Part shown: positions 1 to 9,964 of the stretch, in pieces
How the letters are laid out: each line of letters opens with the position of its first letter
Numbering within the stretch: position 1 is the first letter of the stretch
NCBI GenBank assembly: GCA_043718695.1
Contig: JAYSVF010000100.1
Coordinates: 1 to 53,397, forward strand
Length of the DNA: 53,397 nucleotides
From: Acidimicrobiia bacterium
GTDB lineage: Bacteria > Actinomycetota > Acidimicrobiia > Acidimicrobiales > JANYDT01
Direction: 5' to 3'
Program-made: the position numbers and the translations under genes
Notes under the pieces: generated by a model
Database searches by the model: none
What the model saw: the letters and a program-made list of their open reading frames with translations, nothing else
What the model was told of the DNA's origin: nothing

Positions 1-1
1 C

Positions 2-373
2 ATGGAAATCCGCACGCAACTACCATTCAAGCGCATGGTAGGTGCGGCACGTCGGGCCACCGTCGACGCGCTTGGCGACGAATTCGCTGTCGCCTTTGCT
101 GGCGGCGCAAACCTCGATATGGCTTCTACGCTTGCCTACATCGAACGGACCCGAGGCCAACGCGGCCGTCCGTCAATCGGGTGGGACAGCCTCTCGCCGA
201 CGGAACGACAAGTCGCTGACCTTGTTCACGATGGTCTCTCGAACCGAGAAGTCGCGGCTCGTCTCCTCATGTCGCCCGACACGGTGAAGTCGCATCTTTC
301 GCACATCTTCACCAAACTCGGCATCAACAAACGCGCACAACTCGCCGTGCAGGTAGCGAGCCGCAAGCAGTAG
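2..373 (+). CDS. LuxR-family transcriptional regulator, C-terminal HTH part (probably 5'-truncated by the window edge)
   Basis: The tail SPTERQVADLVHDGLSNREVAARLLMSPDTVKSHLSHIFTKLGINKRAQL is a canonical LuxR/GerE HTH. The frame is open to position 2. Upstream residues resemble the end of a large LAL/MalT-type regulator. Confidence 0.8.
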   Translation: MEIRTQLPFKRMVGAARRATVDALGDEFAVAFAGGANLDMASTLAYIERTRGQRGRPSIGWDSLSPTERQVADLVHDGLSNREVAARLLMSPDTVKSHLSHIFTKLGINKRAQLAVQVASRKQ

Positions 374-489
374 CTCGTACGCATAGGAATACGAGAACGA
401 TCACCCGAATGGGTGATGTTCACCGTCCACGAAAGTCAGACACTGGTTTCCGACGCTATTGCCGCGTTCACCAAACGGAGGAAACCACA

Positions 490-747
490 ATGCAAGTCAT
501 CGCTATCCACGACGTTAACGACGTCAATCATTGGTTTAACTCGCCAGCTCGCTCGGAGTTCTTCGAGGCCCGGGGTATGAAGGCCACCGCCTTTCGCGAC
601 CCGGCTGGCAGCAACACCGTAACCGTACTGATTGAAACGCCCGATCTGGAATCGCTCCAGGCTGCACTCGCCACTCCCGAGGCGAAGGTTGCGGAGGAGC
701 GCGATGGCGTCCAAGTTGACACCCTCAAGATCTTCCTCAACGCCTAG
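490..747 (+). CDS. hypothetical small protein (85 aa)
   Basis: ATG at 490 follows GGAGGA (about 477-482). Codon usage looks coding (MQVIAIHDVNDVNHWF...DTLKIFLNA). No family recognised. The track ORF start at 409 lacks an RBS. Confidence 0.55.
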   Translation: MQVIAIHDVNDVNHWFNSPARSEFFEARGMKATAFRDPAGSNTVTVLIETPDLESLQAALATPEAKVAEERDGVQVDTLKIFLNA

Positions 748-1044
748 GAGGCCACCACGTCCATCAACGACGAGCGGGTCTTTGCGACGACGGACCGCAA
801 GGACCTGATCGTTTGGACCCTTGCGCTGCCACACGAACTCATCGTTGGAGTGCAATTTCCCCGACGAGTTATCTCTGCCAGGCACGAAGGTAGAAGTCTG
901 GTCGAAAGCGATCTGGTCAATCGTTCGGGTCGGACATCCCGGATGGAGTGCCCACTCGCCGATGCGGTGCTTGCCAAGGCGAAGTAAGCCCGCTTTTCGG
1001 ATTCCACTTTTCCTATTCACTCCCTTCTCTGAGGACCTTTCAAA

Positions 1045-2511
1045 ATGAATGTATCTACGCATATGAACAACAATGACACTTTGGTAGCTGACTACCTGGT
1101 CATCGGCGCAGGTGCTGCAGCGATGGCTTTTGTCGACACGCTGCTGAGCGAAAGTGCAGACGCCACCGTGCTGATGGTGGACCGCCAGCACCGCCCTGGC
1201 GGGCACTGGAACGCGGCCTATCCGTTCGTGCGGCTACATCAGCCCTCGGCTTACTACGGCGTGGCATCACGAGAACTTTCCAGTGGTGGAGTGGACGCTG
1301 TTGGCATCAATGCTGGCATGGACAGCCTGGCCACGGGGGCACAGGTGCTGGCGCACTTCGAGCATGTGATGCAGCAACGCTTTTTGCCAACGGGGCGCGT
1401 TCAGTGGTTACCGATGAGCGACGTACTGCGTGATGGCTCACAGCTCAGTGACTCACAGTCCGATGGCGTGCATTCTGTACGCTCACTGACTAATGGCCAG
1501 GTGCAAACTGTCCGGGCCCGCAAGGTGGTTGATGCCACCCATGCGCAGACCGCCGTGCCGTCTACCCACCCGCCGCGCTACGACTTCTCGCCTGCCGTGA
1601 AGTGCATACCGCTCAACGATTTGCCAAAGATCAAACGCCCGTACGTCAACTATACCGTGGTTGGCTCTGGCAAGACCGGCATGGACGCAGTGTTGTGGTT
1701 GCTGGAAAACGGCGTGCCGCCGCAGCGCCTCCGCTGGGTGATGCCGCGTGATGCGTGGTTCTTAAACCGCGCCAACTTTCAGACGGGGCTGAGCAATTTT
1801 GAGCGCAGTATCGGCGCAAACATTGCCCAGTTTGATGCCATCATCGAAGCGTCGTCGGTGGCCGATGTATTCACGCGGCTAGAAGCTCATGAACAACTGT
1901 TGCGCATCGACCCTGCCGTGCAGCCCACCACTTACCACTGCGCCGTGGTCTCGCCACCCGAACTAGAGCAGCTGCGACGGGTCAGCGACATCGTGCGCCT
2001 AGGGCGTCTGAAGGCAATTGAGCCCACGCACCTGGTGCTGGACCAGGGCACGTTGGCGGCAGACCCCGACACGTTGTACATCGACTGCAGCGCCAGTGCC
2101 ATCGTCGTGCCGCCCGTACTGCCGGTGTTCGACGGCGACCGCATCAACCTGTTCTTCCTGCGCACCTGCCAGCCTTTGTTTAGCGCCGCGGTCATCGCGT
2201 ATGTCGAAAGCCATGTCAGCGATGTTGCTGAAAAGAATGCGCTTTGCCAACCCGTGCCCGTCCCCCAAGTTCCCATCGACTGGCTGCGCATGTGGCTGGC
2301 TTCACTGGCTAACGGCGCGGCTTGGCGTCAACATGCCGGACTGAGTACGTGGCTTGCCACCTGCCGACTAAACGGCCTGGCGATCATGAGCCAGGGCGTG
2401 ACGCCCGACGACGCGCCCCGCATGACGTTATTGCAGCAATTAGGAGCCAAAGGCGGCCCCGCTGCGGCCAAATTACAGACACTGTTGGCTGCGGTTTCGG
2501 GGCGGGGCTGA
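1045..2511 (+). CDS. FAD/NAD(P)-binding oxidoreductase (flavoprotein, function unknown)
   Basis: N-terminal dinucleotide-binding motif DYLVIGAGAAAMAF...MVDRQHRPGGHWN and a second GSGKTGMD Rossmann motif. The ORF is 488 aa and uninterrupted. Confidence 0.8.
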   Translation: MNVSTHMNNNDTLVADYLVIGAGAAAMAFVDTLLSESADATVLMVDRQHRPGGHWNAAYPFVRLHQPSAYYGVASRELSSGGVDAVGINAGMDSLATGAQVLAHFEHVMQQRFLPTGRVQWLPMSDVLRDGSQLSDSQSDGVHSVRSLTNGQVQTVRARKVVDATHAQTAVPSTHPPRYDFSPAVKCIPLNDLPKIKRPYVNYTVVGSGKTGMDAVLWLLENGVPPQRLRWVMPRDAWFLNRANFQTGLSNFERSIGANIAQFDAIIEASSVADVFTRLEAHEQLLRIDPAVQPTTYHCAVVSPPELEQLRRVSDIVRLGRLKAIEPTHLVLDQGTLAADPDTLYIDCSASAIVVPPVLPVFDGDRINLFFLRTCQPLFSAAVIAYVESHVSDVAEKNALCQPVPVPQVPIDWLRMWLASLANGAAWRQHAGLSTWLATCRLNGLAIMSQGVTPDDAPRMTLLQQLGAKGGPAAAKLQTLLAAVSGRG

Positions 2512-2833
2512 GAGCTTGGTGGTTGGGTTTGGTGGTTGGGTTTAGTGGCTGCTCGGTTTTGCTTGCGTAAACATCGCTTGACGCAAGGTTGCAGGTTTGC
2601 AATGGGGATGGTGCGGGGACGCGTCAACGGATGTTGTCGCCGCATTTTTTGAGTGGGTGGTTTGGGGCCGGGCTGAGAGCTGCAACTCGTGGCAGTTATG
2701 CTGGCTGTTTCGTGAGGTCTAGTGCACTAGTGCGTGTGCGCGTAAATCGTTACGTAATGATTTCGGTGTGAATTCCGCAGTGGTGCTGGGAAGCGGGAGG
2801 AAAACACTACGCAAGGATTTACGCTTCCCTGCA

Positions 2834-3661
2834 CTAGGCCTTGGTGAGGGAACCGTCTTCGATGAGAGCATCGAGTTGGCGGGTAAGGACCTTGGAGAAT
2901 GATGGGTGGGTGAGTAGCCAGAACGTGTCCCGCTGAATTCCATCAAGAACTAGGCGGCCGACCTCGTCGGGGTCCATTCCTTTGTCAAGAAGGGCTTGAA
3001 CGGTTGCCCCGGCTTTGCCCTCTGCGGCGCTGTTTGTCTTCGGTTTTGCTTTGCTCGGACGATAACCAACCGAGTGGCGGCTGATATCGGTGTTGATTGG
3101 CCCAGGGCAAAGGACTGATGCACGCACCGGGCTCTTCCGGCCTCGCAGATCGCGCTCCAACGTGGTCATCAAGGCAACGGCGCCGTGTTTCGCGACATTG
3201 TAAGCACCCATAAAACCTCCGCCAATAAGTCCGGCCAGCGATGCCGTGGTGTTGATATGGCCAATGCCTTGTTCTTCCATGATGGGCAAGAAGGTTTTAA
3301 CGCCATAGATCGGACCCCATAGATCGACGTCGATCATCCAACGCCAATCTTCGAGCCGGATGTTATTCGTCGGCGTGGGTATGCCCACCCCAGCGTTGTT
3401 GCAAAGCACGTGAACCGCACCGAATCGATCAAGCGTGGCCGCAGCCAAGGCTTCGACCTGTTCAAGTTTGGAAACGTCGCATGACTGACTTGCCGCTTCG
3501 ATGCCACGTGCTGACAGCTCGGCTACAACGGCCGCCATCATCTCTTCATCGAGATCGGCGATCATGATTTTCATTCCGGCGTCGGCAAAGGCCCGTGCCA
3601 TGCCTCGACCGATACCGCTTGCGCCGCCCGTGATAACTGCTACTTGTCCGTGGAGTTCCAT
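2834..3661 (-). CDS. SDR-family oxidoreductase
   Basis: VAVITGGASGIGRGMA (TGxxxGxG), NNAG and a YxxxK-type segment (YNVAKHG). Confidence 0.9.
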   Translation of the reverse strand: MELHGQVAVITGGASGIGRGMARAFADAGMKIMIADLDEEMMAAVVAELSARGIEAASQSCDVSKLEQVEALAAATLDRFGAVHVLCNNAGVGIPTPTNNIRLEDWRWMIDVDLWGPIYGVKTFLPIMEEQGIGHINTTASLAGLIGGGFMGAYNVAKHGAVALMTTLERDLRGRKSPVRASVLCPGPINTDISRHSVGYRPSKAKPKTNSAAEGKAGATVQALLDKGMDPDEVGRLVLDGIQRDTFWLLTHPSFSKVLTRQLDALIEDGSLTKA

Positions 3662-3875
3662 GGGCGAAAATTACTTGAAGTTGACGAAAGATGCACGTGC
3701 AACGCAACGATTTCTACCGCCTCGCCAACTTACCTGGCTGTGGATGTGGCTGTAGCGGTAGGGGACAGTTTGTGGCTGTAATGCGTCACTGGAGACACAA
3801 CTTGTCCACCCAGGGCCGTCGTGCCAGAACTCCTCGCTAGTCAAGGCCGAGGCTCGATGCGCCAGCCGTTGGATC

Positions 3876-5708
3876 TCAGCGCAGTTCTGTCCCTTCAAGA
3901 TCAGCAGCGGTACGCCAGTCTTCGAGGATTTGGAAGAACTTGGTGGTGCCGCCGCCGTACGAGGAGGTGAAAAAGCCGAGTGGGTTGTTGAGCTTGCCCT
4001 CGTCGTTGTAATAGCCGGGGGTGCAGGCGGCGAAGAATCGTCGACCGATGCGGCCTTTGGACTGCATCTCCGTAACCCAGCCATCTTCACCCTCAAGGGT
4101 CGCTTCGACGGAGGACAGACCGTTGTTGCGAACGTGATCGATCATGTAGGCAAGATGGTTCGCTTGCTCATTCAGCGTATGAGGAACGCTGGTCGTCAAC
4201 GCGGTTTGGGTAAAGCCCAGGAAGAAGCAATTCGGAAATCCGTTGCTCTGCAGGCCATGGAGCGTTCGTAAACCATCTGCCCACTTGTCGGAAAGGGTGA
4301 TGCCGTTGCGGCCGATGATGTCGTAGCCGGAACGTCGGGTGTAGTTGGTGCCGATTTCAAAACCGGTGGCAAAGATGAGACAGTCCACCTCGTACTCTTT
4401 TCCGTCGACCACTACACCGTGTTCTGTGAGCTGTTCGACGCCAAGGCCGTCGGTATCTACCAACGTGACATTTGGGCGGTTGTACGTGTCGAGATATTCG
4501 TCGTGAAAGCATGGGCGCTTACAAAACTGTCTAAACCACGGCTTGAGTTTTTCGGCGGTCGCCGGATCGTTCACGATGGATTCAGCCCGAGCACGCACCT
4601 GTTCCATCTTGCGCATATCGGCAAGTTCCATAAGCTCAGCCCGTTCTTCAGGCGTGAGCCTGCGCCCCAATTCTTTGCTCGCGGTCTTCGCAGCGGTTCG
4701 GGTGAGGTTGCGGAAGATGTCGGTCCAGCCGTCGGCTACTAAGTCTTCCTCTTGGTCACCTCCACTCACCAGAACGTTGAAGTTCTCCATCCTGCGCTTT
4801 TGCCAACCTGGCTCCAAGGATGCGGCCCACTCGGGATCGGTCTCGCGGTTATTTCGTACGTCCACTGATGATGGAGTCCGCTGAAACACATACAGCTGTT
4901 CGGCACTGGCGCCGAGGTGAGGGATGCACTGGATAGCCGTTGCGCCGGTCCCGATAATGCCGACGCGCTTACCTTCAAGCCCGGTCAAACCACCGGAAGA
5001 ATCGCCACCGGTGTAGTTGTAATCCCAACGGCTGGTGTGAAACGTGTAGCCCTTGAACTCGTTGATACCCGGAATGCCTGGCAGTTTCGGACGATTCAAA
5101 GTGCCATTGGCCATGGCTACAAATTTTGCCGTGAAGCGATCGTTTCGATCCGTGGTGATGATCCAGTGCGACTGTGCTTCATCCCAGCGCATCTCCGTCA
5201 CCCCAGTTTGGAACAGCGCGTTCTCATACAGGTTGAATTTGGCCGCAATGGACTTGGAGTACTCAAATATTTCCGGCGCAAAGGAGTACTTGTGTTTTGG
5301 GATGTACTCCATCTCTTCAAGCAATGGAAGGTACACATAGGATTCAACATCGCACATGGCGCCCGGGTAGCGATTCCAATACCAGGTACCACCCACGTCG
5401 CCAGCCCGCTCAACCATGCGAATGCTTTCGACCCCGGCCATTCGTAAACGAGCGCCGGTGAGTAGCCCGCCAAAACCTCCGCCGATGATGGCCACTTCGA
5501 CGTGATCAAACAGTGGATCTCGGGTGAAACCGGGCTCCACGTAGGGATCATCGACGTACTGAGAAAACTCGGCCGTCACTTCGACGTATTGGTCATTCCC
5601 GTCGTCACGAACTCGCTTATCTCGTTCGTATCGGTACTTCTCTCTGAGCACATCGGGATCAAAGTCAAGATCACCGAGCAGCTGAGCAATTTGCGAAGTG
5701 GGCTTCAT
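3876..5708 (-). CDS. Baeyer-Villiger (type I flavin) monooxygenase
   Basis: GGGFGGL...GDVGGTWYWNRYPG FAD motif, BVMO fingerprint FKGYTFHTSRWD and a second GTGATA Rossmann motif. Confidence 0.9.
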   Translation of the reverse strand: MKPTSQIAQLLGDLDFDPDVLREKYRYERDKRVRDDGNDQYVEVTAEFSQYVDDPYVEPGFTRDPLFDHVEVAIIGGGFGGLLTGARLRMAGVESIRMVERAGDVGGTWYWNRYPGAMCDVESYVYLPLLEEMEYIPKHKYSFAPEIFEYSKSIAAKFNLYENALFQTGVTEMRWDEAQSHWIITTDRNDRFTAKFVAMANGTLNRPKLPGIPGINEFKGYTFHTSRWDYNYTGGDSSGGLTGLEGKRVGIIGTGATAIQCIPHLGASAEQLYVFQRTPSSVDVRNNRETDPEWAASLEPGWQKRRMENFNVLVSGGDQEEDLVADGWTDIFRNLTRTAAKTASKELGRRLTPEERAELMELADMRKMEQVRARAESIVNDPATAEKLKPWFRQFCKRPCFHDEYLDTYNRPNVTLVDTDGLGVEQLTEHGVVVDGKEYEVDCLIFATGFEIGTNYTRRSGYDIIGRNGITLSDKWADGLRTLHGLQSNGFPNCFFLGFTQTALTTSVPHTLNEQANHLAYMIDHVRNNGLSSVEATLEGEDGWVTEMQSKGRIGRRFFAACTPGYYNDEGKLNNPLGFFTSSYGGGTTKFFQILEDWRTAADLEGTELR

Positions 5709-6027
5709 CGGTGTCTCCAGGGGCGGAACAATGGTGGATTGTTACCTCTGGTCTACCCCCGACCGAACGATCCGGTCAACTACTGACCTCGGAATGCGTT
5801 GTTGTTCTTCTGCTTGCAGGCCGAGTACGGTCACGAAACCCGTTCCCAACAGGTCTAGTGACCGGACTCGCTTCCCCTTCCGGCTGCGGCGAGTGGCTCC
5901 GCTTCGATAACGGCGGGTTTACTCGGGCTCCCGTTTCGGTTTTACCGGGACTCGCATGGGATACTGACCTCGGTCGCTGTGCGAATGCTGGCGGCACCGG
6001 GTGAAGTTCTCGTTGGAGGATACGCAG

Positions 6028-7794
6028 ATGTCTGAGTCGACCACACACGCTTCGAAAGAAAACGCGACGAAACGCCCGGAACGCGTGGTCCATCCACCCG
6101 AGTATTACGAGCAGATCAAGCAGCGCTTTGCTGAGGCCCGCGATCTGCGTTTGTCGTACCGTCCGGAAGGCCGAAACCAATTCGTGACTGAGTTGGAAGG
6201 GGAGCTTGCCCGCTACGAAACCGATCCCTACGCCGAGGAAAGGATTGAGCGAGCACCAATCAACGACACGGTTGAAGTGCTGTTTATCGGTGGGGGTTTC
6301 TCGGCCCTCTTGACGTCGGCTCGGTTGCGTGAAGTTGGGGTCGAATCGATTCGCATCGTGGAGCGTGGCGCCGATGTGGGGGGCACCTGGTACTGGAATC
6401 GCTATCCCGGTGTGGCGTGCGATGTGGTGGCCTATGACTACCTACCGTTGCTTGATGAACTGCAGTATGTCCCCACTCGCCACTATGCCCGCGGTGATGA
6501 GATCTTCGGTCACTGCAGAGCTATCGCGAACAAGTACAACCTCTACGAACTCGCCGTGTTCCAAACCACCGTCACCTCGACCACGTGGGTAGAGGACGAG
6601 CAGATGTGGCACGTCGGTACCGATCGGGGCGACGTGATGCGGGCGAAGTTCGTGATCTGCGCGAATGGCACCTTGACCAAACCGAAGCTCGCGCGCATCA
6701 AAGGTATGGAGTCATTCGCTGGCCATTCGTTCCATACGTCGAGGTGGGATTACGAGTACACCGGGCTCGACCTCACCAACCTGGCCGACAAGGTCGTAGG
6801 AATTATCGGGACGGGGGCCACCGCGGTGCAGGCCATTTCGCATCTCGGTGCCAACGCAAAAGAACTCTTTGTGTTCCAACGAACCCCTTCCTCGATCGAC
6901 GTCCGCGAAGACTGGGAAACCGATCAGAAGTGGGCCGCTACCTTGGAGCCCGGTTGGCAAGCAAAACGTAGGTTGAAGGCGTTGACGGCTCCTCCGTTGT
7001 CGGCCATGCAAATTGAGAAGCGCGCGGATATGTCGGTCGAAGAGAAGGTGGCAAAGCAGGAAGCCGCCAATATCGATTACATGATGCGGATTCATAAGCG
7101 TATAGAGGACATTGTGGAGGACCCGGCTACGGCTGAGGCCCTCAAGCCTTGGTACATGTTCATGTGCAAACGGCCGTGTTTTCACAACGAATACCTACCG
7201 ACGTTCAATCGGCCCAACGTGCACCTCATCGACACCGCGGGTAAAGGCATCACCGAAATTGGGCCTTCTGGGCCAATCTTTGAAGGTGAAGAATTCAAAC
7301 TTGACCTGCTCATTTACGCCACGGGTTTTGAAGTCCAAAAGACCGGAACCTACAACGCCATCACCGGGCAAGGTGGGTTAGACCTCCAAGACAAATACGA
7401 GGAGGGAATCCGAACGGTTCTCGGCATTCACACCCACGGCTACCCCAACATGTTCATCATGGGCGGCTACCAGGCCTCGTTTAACTTCAACCTCACCGAC
7501 GTGCTCCAAGCCCAAGGCGATCACATAGCGGCCTGCATCGACCACGTCCGCAAAAACGGTTACGACACCATGGATTGCACCGCCGAAGCGGAAGAGTGGT
7601 GGGTAGAAGAAGTCATCGCCCATCGCGGCAAGACCTCACGCAATGCCGAATGCACCCCGGGCTATTACAACTTCGAAGGCGAATTCAACCGACGGCAAGA
7701 CGGCAACTACAACGGCGGCTTCCCAAAATACGGTGCTCACATGGCCGATGTACGTGCACGTATGAATGAACGCTTCACCTTCACAAAGGCCTGA
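6028..7794 (+). CDS. Baeyer-Villiger (type I flavin) monooxygenase, paralogue of 3876..5708
   Basis: GGGFSAL...ADVGGTWYWNRYPG, FAGHSFHTSRWD and GTGATA. ATG at 6028 sits 7 nt after GGAGGA. The track start at 6001 is a GTG without an RBS. Confidence 0.9.
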   Translation: MSESTTHASKENATKRPERVVHPPEYYEQIKQRFAEARDLRLSYRPEGRNQFVTELEGELARYETDPYAEERIERAPINDTVEVLFIGGGFSALLTSARLREVGVESIRIVERGADVGGTWYWNRYPGVACDVVAYDYLPLLDELQYVPTRHYARGDEIFGHCRAIANKYNLYELAVFQTTVTSTTWVEDEQMWHVGTDRGDVMRAKFVICANGTLTKPKLARIKGMESFAGHSFHTSRWDYEYTGLDLTNLADKVVGIIGTGATAVQAISHLGANAKELFVFQRTPSSIDVREDWETDQKWAATLEPGWQAKRRLKALTAPPLSAMQIEKRADMSVEEKVAKQEAANIDYMMRIHKRIEDIVEDPATAEALKPWYMFMCKRPCFHNEYLPTFNRPNVHLIDTAGKGITEIGPSGPIFEGEEFKLDLLIYATGFEVQKTGTYNAITGQGGLDLQDKYEEGIRTVLGIHTHGYPNMFIMGGYQASFNFNLTDVLQAQGDHIAACIDHVRKNGYDTMDCTAEAEEWWVEEVIAHRGKTSRNAECTPGYYNFEGEFNRRQDGNYNGGFPKYGAHMADVRARMNERFTFTKA

Positions 7795-8020
7795 GACCCC
7801 ACCGTCGGCGTTGGCCCAATTCTGGTGCCATTGCATCTCGACCGCTGTTTGTAAATCACTCGCTTCGTCACATTGACGGCATCCCGCGATGCGGTCTGGT
7901 CTCATGTTTGGTCGCGTGGTTGTGGGGTGAGTGCTTATTGGGCGTCACTGTGTAGGCATTGCGACACGCCATATCTGCACGGTGACGCTTCATTTGCACT
8001 GCTGAGATTGTCTAATCAGT

Positions 8021-8767
8021 TCAGTGGTGGATGCCGCCGTCGACTACGAATTCTTGGCCGGTGCAGTAGCTCGATTCGTCGCTGGCTAGGAACAGGACCA
8101 TGTTGGCAATATCGCGTGAGGTGCCCATTCGGCCTAACGAAAGTCCGCGTTCGAATCGGGTGCGGACTTCGGGGTTGTGGATCGCCGGGTTGTCTGCCGT
8201 CATGGGTGTGTCGATGAGGCCGGGATGAACGGAGTTGACTCGTATGCCGTTGCGGCCCCATTCCTGTGCGGCGACCTTGGTAAGTCCACGTATGGCCCAT
8301 TTCGTTCCCGCGTAAGCACCGTGGTTTTTGACGCCCTCAAGGCCGGCGACAGAGCTTATATTGACAATCGAACCCGGCGTTCCCGTAGCTATCATTGCCG
8401 CCGCAGCGGTGCGCATTCCCAGGAACGTGCCGGTTTGGTTGATGGCAATGATGTTGTTCCACTCGTCGAGCGTTGTCGCATCCATGCGCTTGGTCATGTC
8501 GATTCCAGCGTTGTTGACCAATACGTCAAGGCGACCATGACGTTGAACAATCCCGTCGACGACCTGTTGCCATTCCGTTTCTGAACGCACGTCAAGATGG
8601 ACGTATTCGGCGTTGGGAATTCCTGCGGCAGTTTCGGTACCAACTTCATCGAGAACGTCGGCGAGTACAACGATGGCTCCCTGCTCGGAAAACAGCTGGC
8701 CCTCGTCGGCTCCCTGTCCGCGCGCGCCACCGGTAATTAGGACAACTTTTCCTGCGAGTCGGTTCAT
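8021..8767 (-). CDS. SDR-family oxidoreductase (hydroxysteroid dehydrogenase-like)
   Basis: KVVLITGGARGQG, NNAGI and YAGTKWAIRG (YxxxK). It abuts the stop of the upstream CoA-transferase gene. Confidence 0.9.
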   Translation of the reverse strand: MNRLAGKVVLITGGARGQGADEGQLFSEQGAIVVLADVLDEVGTETAAGIPNAEYVHLDVRSETEWQQVVDGIVQRHGRLDVLVNNAGIDMTKRMDATTLDEWNNIIAINQTGTFLGMRTAAAAMIATGTPGSIVNISSVAGLEGVKNHGAYAGTKWAIRGLTKVAAQEWGRNGIRVNSVHPGLIDTPMTADNPAIHNPEVRTRFERGLSLGRMGTSRDIANMVLFLASDESSYCTGQEFVVDGGIHH

Positions 8768-9964
8768 CTATTGCTCTTTCGTTAGGTCACGGTCGGTCAG
8801 CATGGCTGCAGAGTTCGCTCGATCTTCGGCATCACTTGGTGAAGACCCAAGCCAATCGACAAGCACACCTGCGTTGTCTTCCCCTCGATGACGGGGTGAT
8901 CCGTGGACCCCACTGCTTAGGGTTGAGAACCGGTAGGGCGACTGAAAGATTGGTCGGGTGCCACCTTCCCGGTTGTCAACTTCGACGACGGAGTTTCGTA
9001 GCTTGATGGTGGGGGAGTCGAAAATCTCGGCCCGGCTTTTCACTACGCCCCACGCGAGGTTGGCACGATCAAGCGCAGCACACAGAGCACCACGATCGGG
9101 GAAGCTGCAGAAGTAGTTGGTGGTTGCTTGATGTCGCAATTGGATCTTCGTTTCCAAGTCGCAATCGGGTGGGGCTGGGTCAACTACACCAAGAACGCTG
9201 TTGACCCGAGACCACACCCAACGAAACCCGCCGGCCAAGACAATCGGTCCGTCGACGGCATCCCAAACTTCGCCATTGGTAGCCACGGCCTTGCGATCGT
9301 CGAGATTGAAGATGATGGCGTCGTCGGAAAATCCAATCGCATCGACCATGGCAATATCGAGGTGCTGTCCCTGGCCAGTTGCGTCGCGAGAGCGCAGGGC
9401 GGCGAGGATGCCAATTACGCCATGAAGTCCTGAGGTGACATCGGCGGCAGAGAACGTGACGTCGTGCAGGCCCGCTCCATCTAACTCAGGACCGCGGGCG
9501 ATCAATCCCATTTCGGCGTGAGCGATGCTGGCATAGGCGGCCCGGCGCGATTCGGGACCCTCCTGCCCAAACCCTGAGATCGAAAGCATCAACAGGCGAG
9601 GATTGATAGCCGAGAGCCCGGCCCAATCAAGCCCAAACGAAGCCAACACGCCCGGCCGAAAGTTCTCAATCACAATGTCTGCAATCGCTGCCAGTTCTTG
9701 AACGATTGCGATCCCGTCGGGATGGTTGAGGTCAACGGAGATGTTGCGCTTCCCCACGTTTTGCTGCACGAAATAGGTGCTCAATCCAGCGATCTTTCGT
9801 CCCCAGTTTCGGCTGACGTCACCATCGGGCGGCTCGACCTTCACCACATCGGCCCCAAGATCAGACAGGATGCGCCCGGCCACTGGCCCTGCGAACACAC
9901 GGGACAAATCAAGTACTCGAAGCCCAGCAAGTGGACCGGCAGCGCGTGCATCAACTGAGCTCAT
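8768..9964 (-). CDS. family III CoA-transferase (CaiB/BaiF type)
   Basis: LAGLRVLDLSRVFAGPVAGRILSDLGADVVKVEPP is the typical family III N-terminus. ATG at 9964 sits 8 nt after AAGGA; the track start at 10012 is less likely. Confidence 0.85.
   Translation of the reverse strand: MSSVDARAAGPLAGLRVLDLSRVFAGPVAGRILSDLGADVVKVEPPDGDVSRNWGRKIAGLSTYFVQQNVGKRNISVDLNHPDGIAIVQELAAIADIVIENFRPGVLASFGLDWAGLSAINPRLLMLSISGFGQEGPESRRAAYASIAHAEMGLIARGPELDGAGLHDVTFSAADVTSGLHGVIGILAALRSRDATGQGQHLDIAMVDAIGFSDDAIIFNLDDRKAVATNGEVWDAVDGPIVLAGGFRWVWSRVNSVLGVVDPAPPDCDLETKIQLRHQATTNYFCSFPDRGALCAALDRANLAWGVVKSRAEIFDSPTIKLRNSVVEVDNREGGTRPIFQSPYRFSTLSSGVHGSPRHRGEDNAGVLVDWLGSSPSDAEDRANSAAMLTDRDLTKEQ

Noticed and set aside
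436-1206. 256-aa ORF on the minus strand
   Set aside because: Its codon boundaries coincide exactly with three plus-strand coding segments in the same phase (490-747, 748-987 and the start of 1045-2511). It is the classic antisense shadow frame of GC-rich coding DNA, and it has no RBS or recognisable motif.
2544-2640. Short hairpins (TTGCGT...ACGCAA, TTGCA-GGTT-TGCAA), considered as a tRNA or small RNA
   Set aside because: No cloverleaf can be drawn, no T-loop GTTCRANYC consensus is present, and the stems are only 5-6 bp.
2788-2829. GGGAAGCG...CGCTTCCC inverted repeat, considered as a terminator between the convergent flavoprotein and SDR genes
   Set aside because: The 8-bp stem encloses a 26-nt loop and has no U-tract. 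That is too weak to call a terminator with confidence.
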